A stretch of 47,774 bases of DNA from Chiloscyllium plagiosum (lineage: Eukaryota). The DNA lies in assembly GCF_004010195.1 (NCBI RefSeq), contig NC_057719.1, positions 3,765,145-3,812,918 on the forward strand. Reading direction: 5' to 3'. Under the pieces are notes generated by a model. That model ran no database searches, was not told the origin of the DNA, and saw nothing but the letters and a program-made list of their open reading frames with translations. Within the stretch, counting starts at the first letter, position 1. Each line of letters opens with the position of its first letter. This document shows, one piece after another, positions 36,795 through 47,774 of this stretch. A program made the translations under genes and the position numbers.

Positions 36795-36980
36795 TGATAC
36801 AGAGTAATACTAACAGTATAGGTTCAATTCCTGTACTGGCTGAGATTACCATGAAGGACTTTCCTTCTCAACATCTTGTCTCAGCAGAGGTGTGGTGACC
36901 CTTAGGTTAAACCACTATCAATCAGCCCTCTCCCTAATGAAGAGCAGCCCTACGGCTGGGTAGGACTATGGTAACATTCC
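36795..36980 (+). mobile_element. SINE with a Meta-like central domain; reverse copy at ~31240-31352
   Basis: gaggtgtggtgacccttaggttaaaccact...gagcagcc...ggactatgg. Family name from recall. Confidence 0.55.
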
Positions 36981-38389
36981 CTATTTATTAAGGCTCAGAT
37001 TAATCCCTAGTCAATACCCACCATACAGCTATATACATATATATCATTATATTACCCAATTAAATATAAATCATATGCAAGAATAAGACAGAGTGGTAAG
37101 TGTACCTACCTTAGGGCTAGAAGGTCTGGTTTCAAATCTTACCTGACTGGAGGCATGGCATAACATAATTAATCAGGAGACACTTACTTAATGCAGAATT
37201 CCCAGTGCTGATTTGCACTTGTAACCACAGTATTATGTGGTTAGTCCAGTTCAGTTCTTGCTCAGTGGCCCCGAGTGTATTGGTGAGTGACATTACAAAG
37301 CAGTCCTCACCAGTTCTGGAATTTCAGAAAAAGAAAGTTAGCTGTGCAAGGTGATCATACCAGTTATGGTGTTCTGCTTTATCATGCACAAATGTGTGAA
37401 CTCCTGATCACAGCCTCTCAGGAGCCACTACAAGAAAAGAGGGAGCATAAACTTCTGTTTCTATTGGAAACTGAGGCAATCAATTCTTTTGAATAAATGA
37501 TTGACAAATAAATCATCAACACACAAATGAGGTGGTGGAGTAGTGGTACTGTCATTGAGCTAGTCAATCAGAACCCTGAAGCAACATTTTTGGGACATTG
37601 GTTCAAATTGCACCATTAATGTTCTGCTGTTGATGAAATTTGATTTCAGCAAAATTCTGAATCAGAGAGATGAGGTGTTTTTTTTTGTGTAGTTTGCAAT
37701 ACCAACAGGTTACGGAAACCAATTTGAATTTTACTGCTATGAAATTTTGTTAGGCTCCCTGCCATGCTGCGTGATAACATGTAAAAATTCCAAATCAACA
37801 AATACATCTCATTCCCGATGATGATAAGCCATTGCACCAGATCAGTGGATAAAGTTGACATTTCAGATAGCCAACCTCTGTTTCTGTTCCCTCTTTGAAA
37901 AGTAACAGTGTGGTTTCTCCAATAGGTGAAGGTGCACTAGGGAGGATGGACCGTAAGTGCCTACATAGTCATTCTTCACATTCATTCAGCGATCACTGGC
38001 CAACATTTATTGCCCAGAGCTAATTATGTTAATTGAGTCACCTTTGTGACAACTGGAGGCTTATGAGGCTGTTTGAGGGTCGTTAGGGATCAACATATTG
38101 CTGGGGGTCTACAGTCATGTTTCAGACAAACCTGGTTAGGGTGACAGGGTGACCCTGAAGGACATTAGTGAACCTGATGGATTTCCTTTCACAATGATCA
38201 TGTAGCTTTGATCACAGTTCCTGCTGCTTACTTTTTATTCCAGATTTATTTAATTCAATTCTTCAGCTCTGTGGAGCGAGTTGAACTCTTGTTCCATTAG
38301 CCCAGGGATGGGCTACTAAGCTGCAACAGAACCATTAAAAAGAGTTACTTTTTAATCCATTTCAAATTCTCTGCTATTATTTCCATAAA

Positions 38390-41040
38390 AACATATGAAG
38401 CAGAAGTATTAGCAGGCCATTCAGCCCCTTGAGTCTGCTCTGTCATTCAATAGAATTGTGACAATCTGATTGTGGATTTGAAGGAACATTCTCACTTGTC
38501 CCAATTTCAAACCCTTGAGAAACAAAAATCTATCCACCCTGCCTTAAAAATATTCAAAGACTGTGACTCCACTGCCTCTGTAGGAATTTGAAAGACTCAT
38601 GATCCTCTGAGGAAAAATGTTACCATATCTCTGTTTAAATCGACAATCCCGATATAGTGAGTCCTAGTTCTAGATTCTCCTACAAGATGAAACATTATTT
38701 CTACCTCCATCCAGTCAAGTTCTCTCAGGCTCTTGTATGTTTCAAGGAAGTCACCTCCTACTCTTCTAAACTCCAATGGATACAAGCCTAACCCTGTCCA
38801 ACTTATCCTCATAAGACAACCCACCCATTAATCTGTAAAGCATTCCCCAAACTGCCTGCAATGCATTAACATCCCTTGTTAAAGAAGGAGACCAATATTG
38901 TACAGAATGTTCCAGATGTGGTCTCACTGGTGCCCTATGTAATTGAAGCATAACCTCTCTACTTGTGTATTCTATTCCCTCCCAATCAACGATAACCTTA
39001 TATTAGCCTTCTTGATTACTAACCTGCATACTAACCTTTTGTAATTCATGCACAAGAATCTCCCTACATCTCAGAGAACTGCAGTTTGTCACCATTTAGA
39101 TAATATGCTTCTTTTGTCAATCGCCCAACCAAAATGGGCAATTCCATTTATTCCCACAATCTACTCTATTCATTAGATCAATGCTCACTCACTCAACCTG
39201 TCTATATCTTTCTGGAGCCTCCTTCAGCCCACTTCACAACTTACCACTTTTGCTTACTATCTGTCAGATTTGACAATTTTACCTTCCATCCTTTCACCTG
39301 TGTCATTTTTATAAACGCTAGATAGTTGAGATTCCTTCACCAATCCCTGTGGTCCATTATCTTTCCAACCTGAAGAAGTCCCATTTTTTGCCTCCTCTCT
39401 ACTTCTTTAGAGGCAAAAAAAAGCTGCAGATTCTGTAATCCAAGGTAGATAGGCAGGAGGCTGGAAGAACACAGCAAGCCAGCAGCATCAGGAAGTAGAG
39501 AAGTCAAAGTTCAGGTGTAATCCTTCTTCAGGACTGGGGGTGGGGGTGGGGGTCTGCAGATAAAGGGGGTGCTGGGGGCAGGGTGGTGACATGGGGATAG
39601 GTAAAAACAGGTAGAGAGTACGACTTGGTTGGTCAATGGGAGGAGTGAATTGGATTGGTGGCAGGGAGCAGTGGAAGGGAGGGTTTCCAAGTGGCCTCCT
39701 CCATTGTCAAAACAAACCACAGCTCCTATCGGAGGAGCAACGCCTTATCTTCTGCTTAGACACCCCGCAGCCCGGCGGACTCAACATTGAATTCTCCAAT
39801 TTCAAATAACCTCCCTCCCCATCCCCCGACTCCTGTCCCAGTCCCACCAATCAGATTCATTCTTTCCATTAACCAACCAGGTCATACCCTCTACCTGCTG
39901 ATTTGTGATGAAGGGCTTTTGCTTGAAATGTTGATTCTCCTGTTCCTTGGATGCTGCCTGGTCTGCTTTGCTTTTCCAGCACCACCTTCTCAAATCTGTC
40001 TTCACCTATCCCCATTTCTCCACCCAGCCCCCATCTCCCCCTTTATTGCAGCGTCCCCCACATCCACCCCCAGTGCTGAACAAGGGTTACACCTGAAACG
40101 TCAACCTTTCCACCTCCAGATGCTGCCTGACTTGCTGTGTTCTCCCAGCCTCCTGCCTGTCTGCTCTCTGCTTCTTGTCAGCCAGCCACTCCTCTACCCA
40201 TGCCATTATGCTAGATCCTAAAGCATGAGCATTTATTTGATGAAGCACATGATCAAATACCTTCTGGAAATCTAAGTGGCTCAGTGGTTAGCATTGCTGT
40301 CTCACTGCACCAAGAACTCAGGTTCAATCCCACCCTTGGATGGCTATCTGCGTGGTCTTCCTCCAAGTACTCCAGTTTCCTTCTGCAGCCTAAAGATGTG
40401 CTGATTGGAGGGGGAAGCAGAGCAGGTCTGGGTAGGATGCTCTTTGAAGTGCTAGTGTGGACTCAATAGGCTGCATGGAGTGCTTCCACACTATTGGGAT
40501 TCTGTCAACTAAGTATGGAATATTTGCTGGTTCCCCTTCAACCACATTATGTTACCTCCTCAAAGAACTCCATATTGGTCAAAGATTATTTCCCTTTCAC
40601 AACACTACATTAACTCTGCCTGATTACCTTGAATGTATCTAAGTACCCAGCTATAACTTCTTCAACAATAGCTTCTAAAAATTTCCCAATGACGGATAAT
40701 AAACTAGCTGGCATGTAGTTTCCTGCTTGGGATCTTCCTCTCTCTTTGAACAAAGAAATTAAAGTTGCTAAGTTCCAATCTAATTGTTCATTTCTGAAAT
40801 GTAGAGAACTTTGAAAATCTAAAGACATCTCACCAGGCAACTCTTCTCAGGTCCTAGGCTGAAATCCATCATGGCCCAGACAACGGGCAGCTACAGCTCC
40901 AATAACTTACTCAATACCATTTCTCTTGTGATTGTAATTTTCCTTCCTCACTTCCATTTCCTTATCTATTGCTGCTTCTGTGTTCTTATTGGCATCATCT
41001 ATAGTGAAGACCAATGCAAACTACCTGTTCAATGTCTGTT
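38390..41040 (-). mobile_element. Decayed CR1 LINE with nested PLE pLTRs (39408-40163) and a degraded V-SINE (~40277-40503)
   Basis: VRPHLEHSVQYWSP and LFKERGRSQAGNYMPASLLSVIGK. The PLE block has near-TSD ctctct(a/g)cttctt at 39395-39407 and 40164-40176. Confidence 0.8.
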
Positions 41041-41894
41041 CGATAAGCCTAATGCCCTGGGTGTGTACTGTGAACTCCATTTATTTTAGAGAGCACAATT
41101 TGGAAATAGATACTTAAGAATGTAAGAAATAGGAGCAGGAGTCAATAATGTAGCTCTTTGAGCATGCTCCCATTATTCAATACTATAATTATATCGCAAC
41201 TCTACTTTTTCCCTGCTTCCAATATCAAAAGATTCCCTGAGAGATCAATGATCTGTTGATCTCAACCTTGAAAATACACAATGACAGAGTATCTAGAAGA
41301 CAGAATTCCAAAGATTCACAATTTGGGGAAAGAGATGTCCCCTCATGTCCTCTCAGCTCAATCCTGAATGAATGATCCCCTTATTCTGACAAGCCCTTTA
41401 AGAATCATTAATGTATCAAGCAAAATTAGCTCTTACTCTTTCAGGCTCTGAGGTTTGTAGGCCCAAATAATGGAGCCATTGGAGAACACCTTCATCTCAG
41501 GCAATAATCCAATCAGCCTTCACCATTTTGGCTCCGAAGTAAGCATATTCCTGGTGGAGGAGATGCTCTTTAGCTACAATGCCCAATCCAATGAAACTGA
41601 CTTCACAGGAGTTTTGACTGATTGTGTGTGGAGCTGGATTCAAGTAGGGCATTAGTGTTTGTGTAGCCTTGCTCTCAACACACTTGAAGAATTTGACAGA
41701 GACATTGTTTGTGGAATATCTCTTGCTCTCTCATGTGCTGCTGATACACATCTAGGTTTCACAACAGCGCTGTACACAAGGACTGGCTTGTGAATGCACC
41801 TGTCGTCAAACACTATGCTGCCATTCCACACAGTTCCAATGCGCTGTTACAATCTCTATGTAAATAAGATCAGTGTTAGGCCTTGGTTGTATTC

Positions 41895-42032
41895 TAGGAG
41901 AAAGTGAGGACTCCAGATGCTGGAGATCAGAGCTGAAAAATGTGAAGAAGGGCTTATGCCCGAAACATCGATTCTCCTGCTTCTTGGATGCTGCCTGACC
42001 TGCTGCGCTTTTCCAGCAACACATTTTTCAGC
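41895..42032. mobile_element. pLTR-only unit with inversion
   Basis: Minus-strand pLTR end (41895-41944) fused to a plus-strand hammerhead-start pLTR. Confidence 0.75.
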
Positions 42033-42935
42033 TTGGTTGTTTTCTGTAGAATGTTGTGTACCTGCCAAGACACTATTTGGAAACAGATGCTTACATAAGT
42101 CTCACAGCCATAGCTTACAGAAAATTAAGCTAACACAGCTGATTCAGTTCCCATGTATCTGCAACACTAGATGAAAGTGGTTGTGGGTTTGGAAAGTGCC
42201 ATCTAAGAAGCCTTCTTGCATTGTTGAAGTGCATCTAGTAAATGGTACATACTGCTACTACAGTTTTAATGGTGGTCGGACTGAATGCTGAAGATGTTTG
42301 ATGGGGTATTAATATGGCTTTACCTTTAATGATGTTTTTATTCATTCTGGGGATGTGGGTGTTCCTGGCTAGGCCAGGCAATTATTGTCTATCCCTAAAT
42401 GCCTTTGAGATAGTGGTAATGAGCTGCTTTCTTGGACTAATGCAGTTCTAGGCTTTTAGGAACAACTACAGTGCTATTTGGAAAGGAATTCTATGGTTTT
42501 GACCCAGTTACACTGGAGGAATTGAGAGTGTGTTGCTGGAAAAGCACAGCAGGTCAGGCAGCATCCAAGGAGCAGGAGAATCGATGTTTCCCTGCAAAAA
42601 CCCTTCATCAGGGATGGGGGACACTGGAGGAATGGAGATTTCCAAATCCAGGTGGTGAGTGACTTGAAGGGGAACCTGCAGGTGGAGGTGTTCCCATGTA
42701 TCTGCTGCCTTTCATCTTTTAGATGGTAGTTGTTTTGGGTTTGGAAGATGCTGTTGGAGAAGCCTTGGAGAGTTATTGCAGTCAATCTTGTGGATGGTAC
42801 ACATTGTTGCTACTGTGTACTCAGTGGTGGGGGGAGTGAATGTTGCATGCAGTGGATATGGTTCCATTCAAGTGGGCTGCTTAGTCCTGAATGGTGCTGA
42901 GCTTCTTAAAAGTTGCTGGAGCTTCACTTATCTAG

Positions 42936-43075
42936 CACGTTTGCACGATTCCTGAAGAAGGGCTTATGCCCGAAACGTCGATTCTCCTGTTCCCTGGATG
43001 CTGCCTGACCTGCTGCGCTTTTCCAGCAACACATTTTCAGCCCTGAACTCCAGCATCTGCAGACATCACTTTCTC
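42936..43075 (+). mobile_element. 140-bp pLTR-only insertion with intact hammerhead core (42952-42979), 14-bp TSD
   Basis: TSD cttcacttatctag at 42922-42935 and 43076-43089. Confidence 0.88.
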
Positions 43076-43255
43076 CTTCACTTATCTAGTCCTAGTGGAG
43101 AGTATTCCTGGGTCAAAATCCTGTAACACCCTCGCTCACAGAACTCTTAACACAAGCAGCTTAGCCAGCAAGATCCACAACCCCTGAATGAGTAAAATAT
43201 TCTTCTGAAATCCTTCACAGAATGTCTCAATAAGATTTGAGAAGAGAAAGCAAAG

Positions 43256-43537
43256 GATCCCTACAGTGTGGAAACAGGCCCTTCCGTCCAACAAGTCCAC
43301 ACTGACCCTCCAAAGAATAAACCACCATAACCATTCCCCTACATTTACCCCTGACTTATGCACCTAACCTACACATCCCTGAATGCTATGGGCAATTTTA
43401 ATGGCCAATTCACCTAACCTGCACATCTTTGGACTGTGGGAGGAAATTCACACAGACATGAGGAGAACGTGCAAACTCCACACAGACAGTTGCCCGAGGC
43501 TGGAATCGAACCTGGGTCCCTGGCGCTGTGAGGCATC
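43256..43537 (-). mobile_element. HE1-like V-SINE
   Basis: V-domain and tail. Confidence 0.85.
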
Positions 43538-44089
43538 ACCCTACCCCTGAGCCAAAGGCATGACACTCCTTAAAACAGAACCAAGCAGATGTTGAGAAAA
43601 ATCTAGCTTTGAAATACACACCTCACAGTCTCTAGTTTTAATATTGGTCCAAGGCTAACAATCACTGAAACAAAATTACTGACAATGTTTTGCTGACATG
43701 AATTATTAAATGGGTCTCAAAACCAAGCTTGTGCTGTCATCCAAATCAGATTATGTCATAATTCAATCAGGCTGTGTCCCATGAGACGAGTCCACCTCTG
43801 TATATAACACCAACACATGTGCATCATGGGTGTTGTCAAAGTCAGGTTGCAATCAAACAAAGGCACCCTGAGAAACAGCAGACCAGATGAAAGCCTGATG
43901 GGTGATTTTTTTTTCCCAGAGTGCAGCATCAAAGTTGATCCCTCCATTACTGATGGTAATTAAACACACATTATTTGGCACATAGTTCAGTGATCAGATC
44001 CTGACATTGCTGCTGTGGGCAGAAGGGAATTAAATTCTCATAGCCCCCTCAGGGTATTTGTAAGGAAGCTTGCTTATATATGGCCTCCT

Positions 44090-44475
44090 TCATAAATGTT
44101 CAGCATCCCAAAGCACTTTACAGTGAGTTATGTTAGTTAGATACATATGTTCTGAACCATTAATCACTTGTTTTATAGGTAACATCACAACCAATTAATG
44201 CACAACAACGGTTTACAGATGAAAAAGTGTTAATGATCAGATGATCTGTTTGTGATAGCATTGAGTGAAAGATAGACATTGACCTATATCTGCAGAACTC
44301 ACCTGTTCTTCTCACCTGTCATGGAATCATTTACATCCAAATGAGAAACCAGGTCTTAGTTATACATCTCATCCAAAATAACTGCGTGCCTAACACTACA
44401 CTGGAGCATTAGCATGGGACATGGATCCAAGGCTCAAGACCAGAGGCCTGAGCTCATAACTTTCAGTACCAGAGT
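44090..44475 (-). mobile_element. Old Deu-SINE remnant
   Basis: Reverse of the Deu domain and tail (catcccaaagcactttacag). Confidence 0.55.
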
Positions 44476-44483
44476 TGAAGATG

Positions 44484-44980
44484 CAGTTGTTTTTGTTAAG
44501 GTTAATCCCAAGCAGCTCTGTGCTCTTTACAGGATTCTGTACTCTATGGGCTGCTGCCCAGGACACACATCATCTGCACCTGGAGGACAGCCAACTCTTT
44601 GGTCTGCCTGAAACTTGCTGTTCCTCCAGTCAACCCTGACCAAGTGTTGCAGACTGGCACATTCCAAGGTCCAGGACTACGTGCTGAGGGACGCACCAAA
44701 GCTTGGGGCAGCTGCTGCCAAGGATCGGTGGGGAAAGACCACTGTCTGAGGGCTTTCTGCCAAAGTTAAATGGGGGTCCATTCAATTATCAGACCCTCCC
44801 AATGCCTCAAATATGTAAATATCATCTTGTATAAGTAACAAATGCCCTTGGTTTGTTTATCAGAAAGAATCAAACTCCAATGTTTGTTTGTTTCTTGATG
44901 CTCTACTGTACAGAACTTTAGTGACTATGTACATAGAATAAAGATATTTTTATGAATAAAGTATATTTTTGAAATAAAAA
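44484..44980 (+). mobile_element. Tx1/L1-clade LINE 3' end with AATAAA and A-rich tail
   Basis: Aligns with 46500-46670. The ORF ends ...WGKTTV*, followed by atgaataaagtatatttttgaaataaaaa. Confidence 0.75.
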
Positions 44981-45045
44981 GTAGTGTTTTCTACCAACCA
45001 AGTCTGACAGAGTCTCAATGGATGGGAATCAGAAAGCTTCCCAGG

Positions 45046-45341
45046 ACGGGTGGCACAGTGGTTAGCACTGCTACCTCACAGCGCCAAAGACAAGGGTTCA
45101 ATTCCCACCTCAGGCGACTGTGTGGAGTTTGCACATTCTCCCCGTGTCTGCGTGGGTTTACTCCAGTTTCCTCCCACAGTCCAAAAATGTGCAGGTTAGG
45201 TGGATTGGCTATGCTAAATTGCCCCTAGTGTTAGGTGAAGGGGTAAATGTAGGGGAATGGGTCTGGGTGGGTTGCTCTTCGGAGGGTCGGTGTGGACTTG
45301 TTGGGCCGAAGGGCCTGTTTCCACACTGTAGGTAATCTAAT
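45046..45341 (+). mobile_element. HE1-like V-SINE
   Basis: Head, V-domain and tail. Confidence 0.88.
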
Positions 45342-46670
45342 GTTCCCAATGAGATCTGGAGTCAGGCAGAGCTGCCCACTATCTCCTGCCTTGTTTGTGT
45401 GTTGCATAGAACCTTTTGCTGATTCCATCAGGGAAGGTGCGAGCCTGAGAGGGGTGACTATTTCAGGCAGCAGAGGCCTGTGGGTCAAAGCCTCCCTGTA
45501 CGTGGATGATGTCGCGGTTTTCTTCTCAGATCAGCTGTCAGTGCTCGACTCATGAGCATTTGCATCCAGTTTGAACTGGCCTCGGGAACCAAGGTAAATC
45601 AAGGCATGAGCGAGGCCATGTTCTTTGGGAAGCAGGCCGACAGATTCTTTATCCCCTTCACCATTCAGTAGATATTACATGAAGATGCTGGAATATGGTT
45701 TGGAGGAGCCAGGGAGTGTACAAACATTTGGGAGAAGTGTATTGCAAAGGTGGAGCAGAGACTGGGTCTTTGGGAACACGATTTCCCTTCCGTTGCGGGT
45801 AAAGATCTGGTCAACATATGCAAGATACTCTCTCTTAAGTAGCGTAGGTCCAGCCCATTTCCCAAACCTGTGTTGTTACAGTCACCCAAGCTATCTTCCA
45901 CTTCATCTGGAGGTCCCAGATGGGCTGTGTCCACACAGACACCATGTACAAAGGGAGAGAAGAATGTACCCAATGCTGCCCCCACCCTGTTGGTCACCTT
46001 TGAGTGTGGCTGCATCAAGCTGTGCTTCGACCCTAAGTACACAAATACCCAAGTTTCACTATGTACTGAGGTTCCTCTGGCCTCATTGGGCCTGCCTTCA
46101 TTGGGCCGCAGAATGCTCCAAGTAGTTGGTCCATGCCATATCACGTGCCCTTCAGTGGAGAAATTTGCAAAGAAAACCACCTTTGACCACAGGTCCATCA
46201 GAAAGTGGTCAGCACACAGCATCCTTGAGACCCTGCCAGAAAAGGTGGATTCTGTCGGGTTGTTCCCTGAGCAGACAAGCAAAGTCATTTGGCAGAATAT
46301 CTCATCGCCAGTACTTTCCAACAAGCACCAAGACATCGCCTGGCTGACTGTCAGAAAGGCACTACCTGTGAGATTTTTCATGTACACCCACTTGGTCTGT
46401 ACCACCACACGCTGCCCTTGAAGCAGTTGCAGGTGGGTTGAGACAGCCACACAGCTCCTTCTGGAACGTGCCTTTGCAAAGGGAATCTGGAGAGAGATAC
46501 AGTGGTTTTGGCAAGGTTCATCCTGAGCAGCTCTATGACATGGGACTCTGTGGTCTATAGGCTGATCCTGAGGACACACACTGAGACAAACATTGGCTGC
46601 ACTTGGAAAACCATCAAATCAGTGAAAGGTGCTCTTTGGTCTAACCAAAACTTGTTGGTTTTCCAGAACG
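45342..46670 (+). mobile_element. Tx1/L1-clade LINE ORF2 fragment (RT plus C-terminal Cys/His region), frameshifted
   Basis: SGVRQSCPLSPALFVCCIEPF, LYVDDV, HQDIAWL..RKALPVR...CP. Confidence 0.85.
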
Positions 46671-46744
46671 AGTCTACCACTGTTGCAGGCAGTGCATTCC
46701 ATGCCTCTACTACTCACTGAGTAAAGAAACTACCTCTGACATCT

Positions 46745-47774
46745 GAATTCAATTGAATTTGAATTGAATTTATTGTCACGTGTACCAAAGCACAGTGAAA
46801 AGCTTTGTAAATAGTAGGTAAACAGCAGCAAAAACAAAAACACAGATTCAGGCCAACATTAAGAGTTTGTGAGTCCATTCAGTATCTAACAACAGTCGGG
46901 TAGAAACTGTTATGAAACCGGCTGGTGCATGTGTTCAGGCTTCTGTATCTTCTCCCCAATGGTAGAGGTTGTAGAAAAACATTGCCAGGGTGGGATGGAT
47001 CTTTGAGAATGCTGGCGGCCTTTCCTTGACAGTGGGCCTGGTAGATGGATTCTATAGATGGGAGGTTGGCCTTTGTGATTGTCCGGGCCGAGTTCACCAC
47101 TCTCTGTAACTGTCTCCGATCTTGAATGGTACAGCTGCCATACAGGGATACATCCAGACAGAATGCTCTCAATGGCACATCTACAAAAGGTATTCACCGT
47201 CATGGCAAATTTCCTCAGCTATTGAGGAACAAGAGATGTTGTTGGGTCTTTGTAACCACATGAAGAGTCCAAGAAAGCTTGCCGTGGATAACCACTCCCA
47301 GGAGCTTGACACTCTCCACTCATTCCATCTCTGTGTTGTTAATGTGTAGAGGAGCATGAGTAACATCCCGCCGAAAGTCAATAATGAGTTCATTGGTTTT
47401 GCCAGCATCGAGAGCTAGGTTGTTCTCAGTGCACCATTTTTCCAGGTCTTACACCTCCCGTCTGTAGTCTGTTTCATCGCCATCTGAGATTCGATCGAGT
47501 ATGGTGGTGTCATCAATGAACTTGTAAATGGCATTAGTCTGGTATTTGGCGACACAGTCATGGGTGTACAGTGAGTACAGTAGGGGCTGAGTACACACCC
47601 CTGGGGGACTCCAGTGTTGAGTGTTAGTGAGGATGAAATATTGTACCAGTCTTCACTGATTGTGGCCTGTGGGTCAGGGAACTGAGGATCCAGTTGTAGA
47701 GAGTGGGGCTTAGTCCGAGATCACTGAGTTCAGTAATCAGTCTCCAGGGGATAATAGTGTTGAAGGCTGAACTG
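46745..47774 (-). mobile_element. Rex1/Babar-like LINE 3' portion
   Basis: CAIESILSGCI, DRRQLQRVVNSA, ILKDPSHPG, GRRYRSL..RFHNSFYP. PQGCVLSP and YKFIDDTTI at ~47500-47610. (aattc)n tail. Confidence 0.88.

Noticed and set aside
34200..47774. Exons of an upstream neighbour gene (e.g. CALD1 3' end)
   Set aside because: No matching coding sequence recognised. The region is nearly all repeats.

Overview
Vertebrate genomic DNA, almost certainly a shark (inferred from HE1/V-SINE, Deu-SINE, CR1 and Penelope repeat content). It holds the 5' half of AGBL3 (cytosolic carboxypeptidase 3, CCP3, a tubulin deglutamylase) on the minus strand. There are five well-supported coding exons with phase-compatible GT-AG boundaries (20344-20168, 14403-14296, 13198-13051, 5542-4760, 769-607), a likely N-terminal exon (27370-27200), further candidate exons, and a candidate RFX X-box/NF-Y promoter at ~33.45 kb. 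The gene runs off the left edge. The rest is mostly nested transposable elements (CR1/L2, Penelope-like, Gypsy, Rex1/Babar, Tx1/L1, SINEs) plus a 743-N gap. Most interesting: (i) several Penelope pLTR families share a variant minimal hammerhead ribozyme, and short pLTR-only units are flanked by 13-17 bp TSDs (retrozyme-like); (ii) a 93-bp-arm hairpin whose only mismatches become G-U pairs on the AGBL3 sense strand; (iii) a 133-bp inverted templated insertion that brackets an AGBL3 exon. Repeat boundaries are approximate. Family names and human comparisons come from recall, not database searches.
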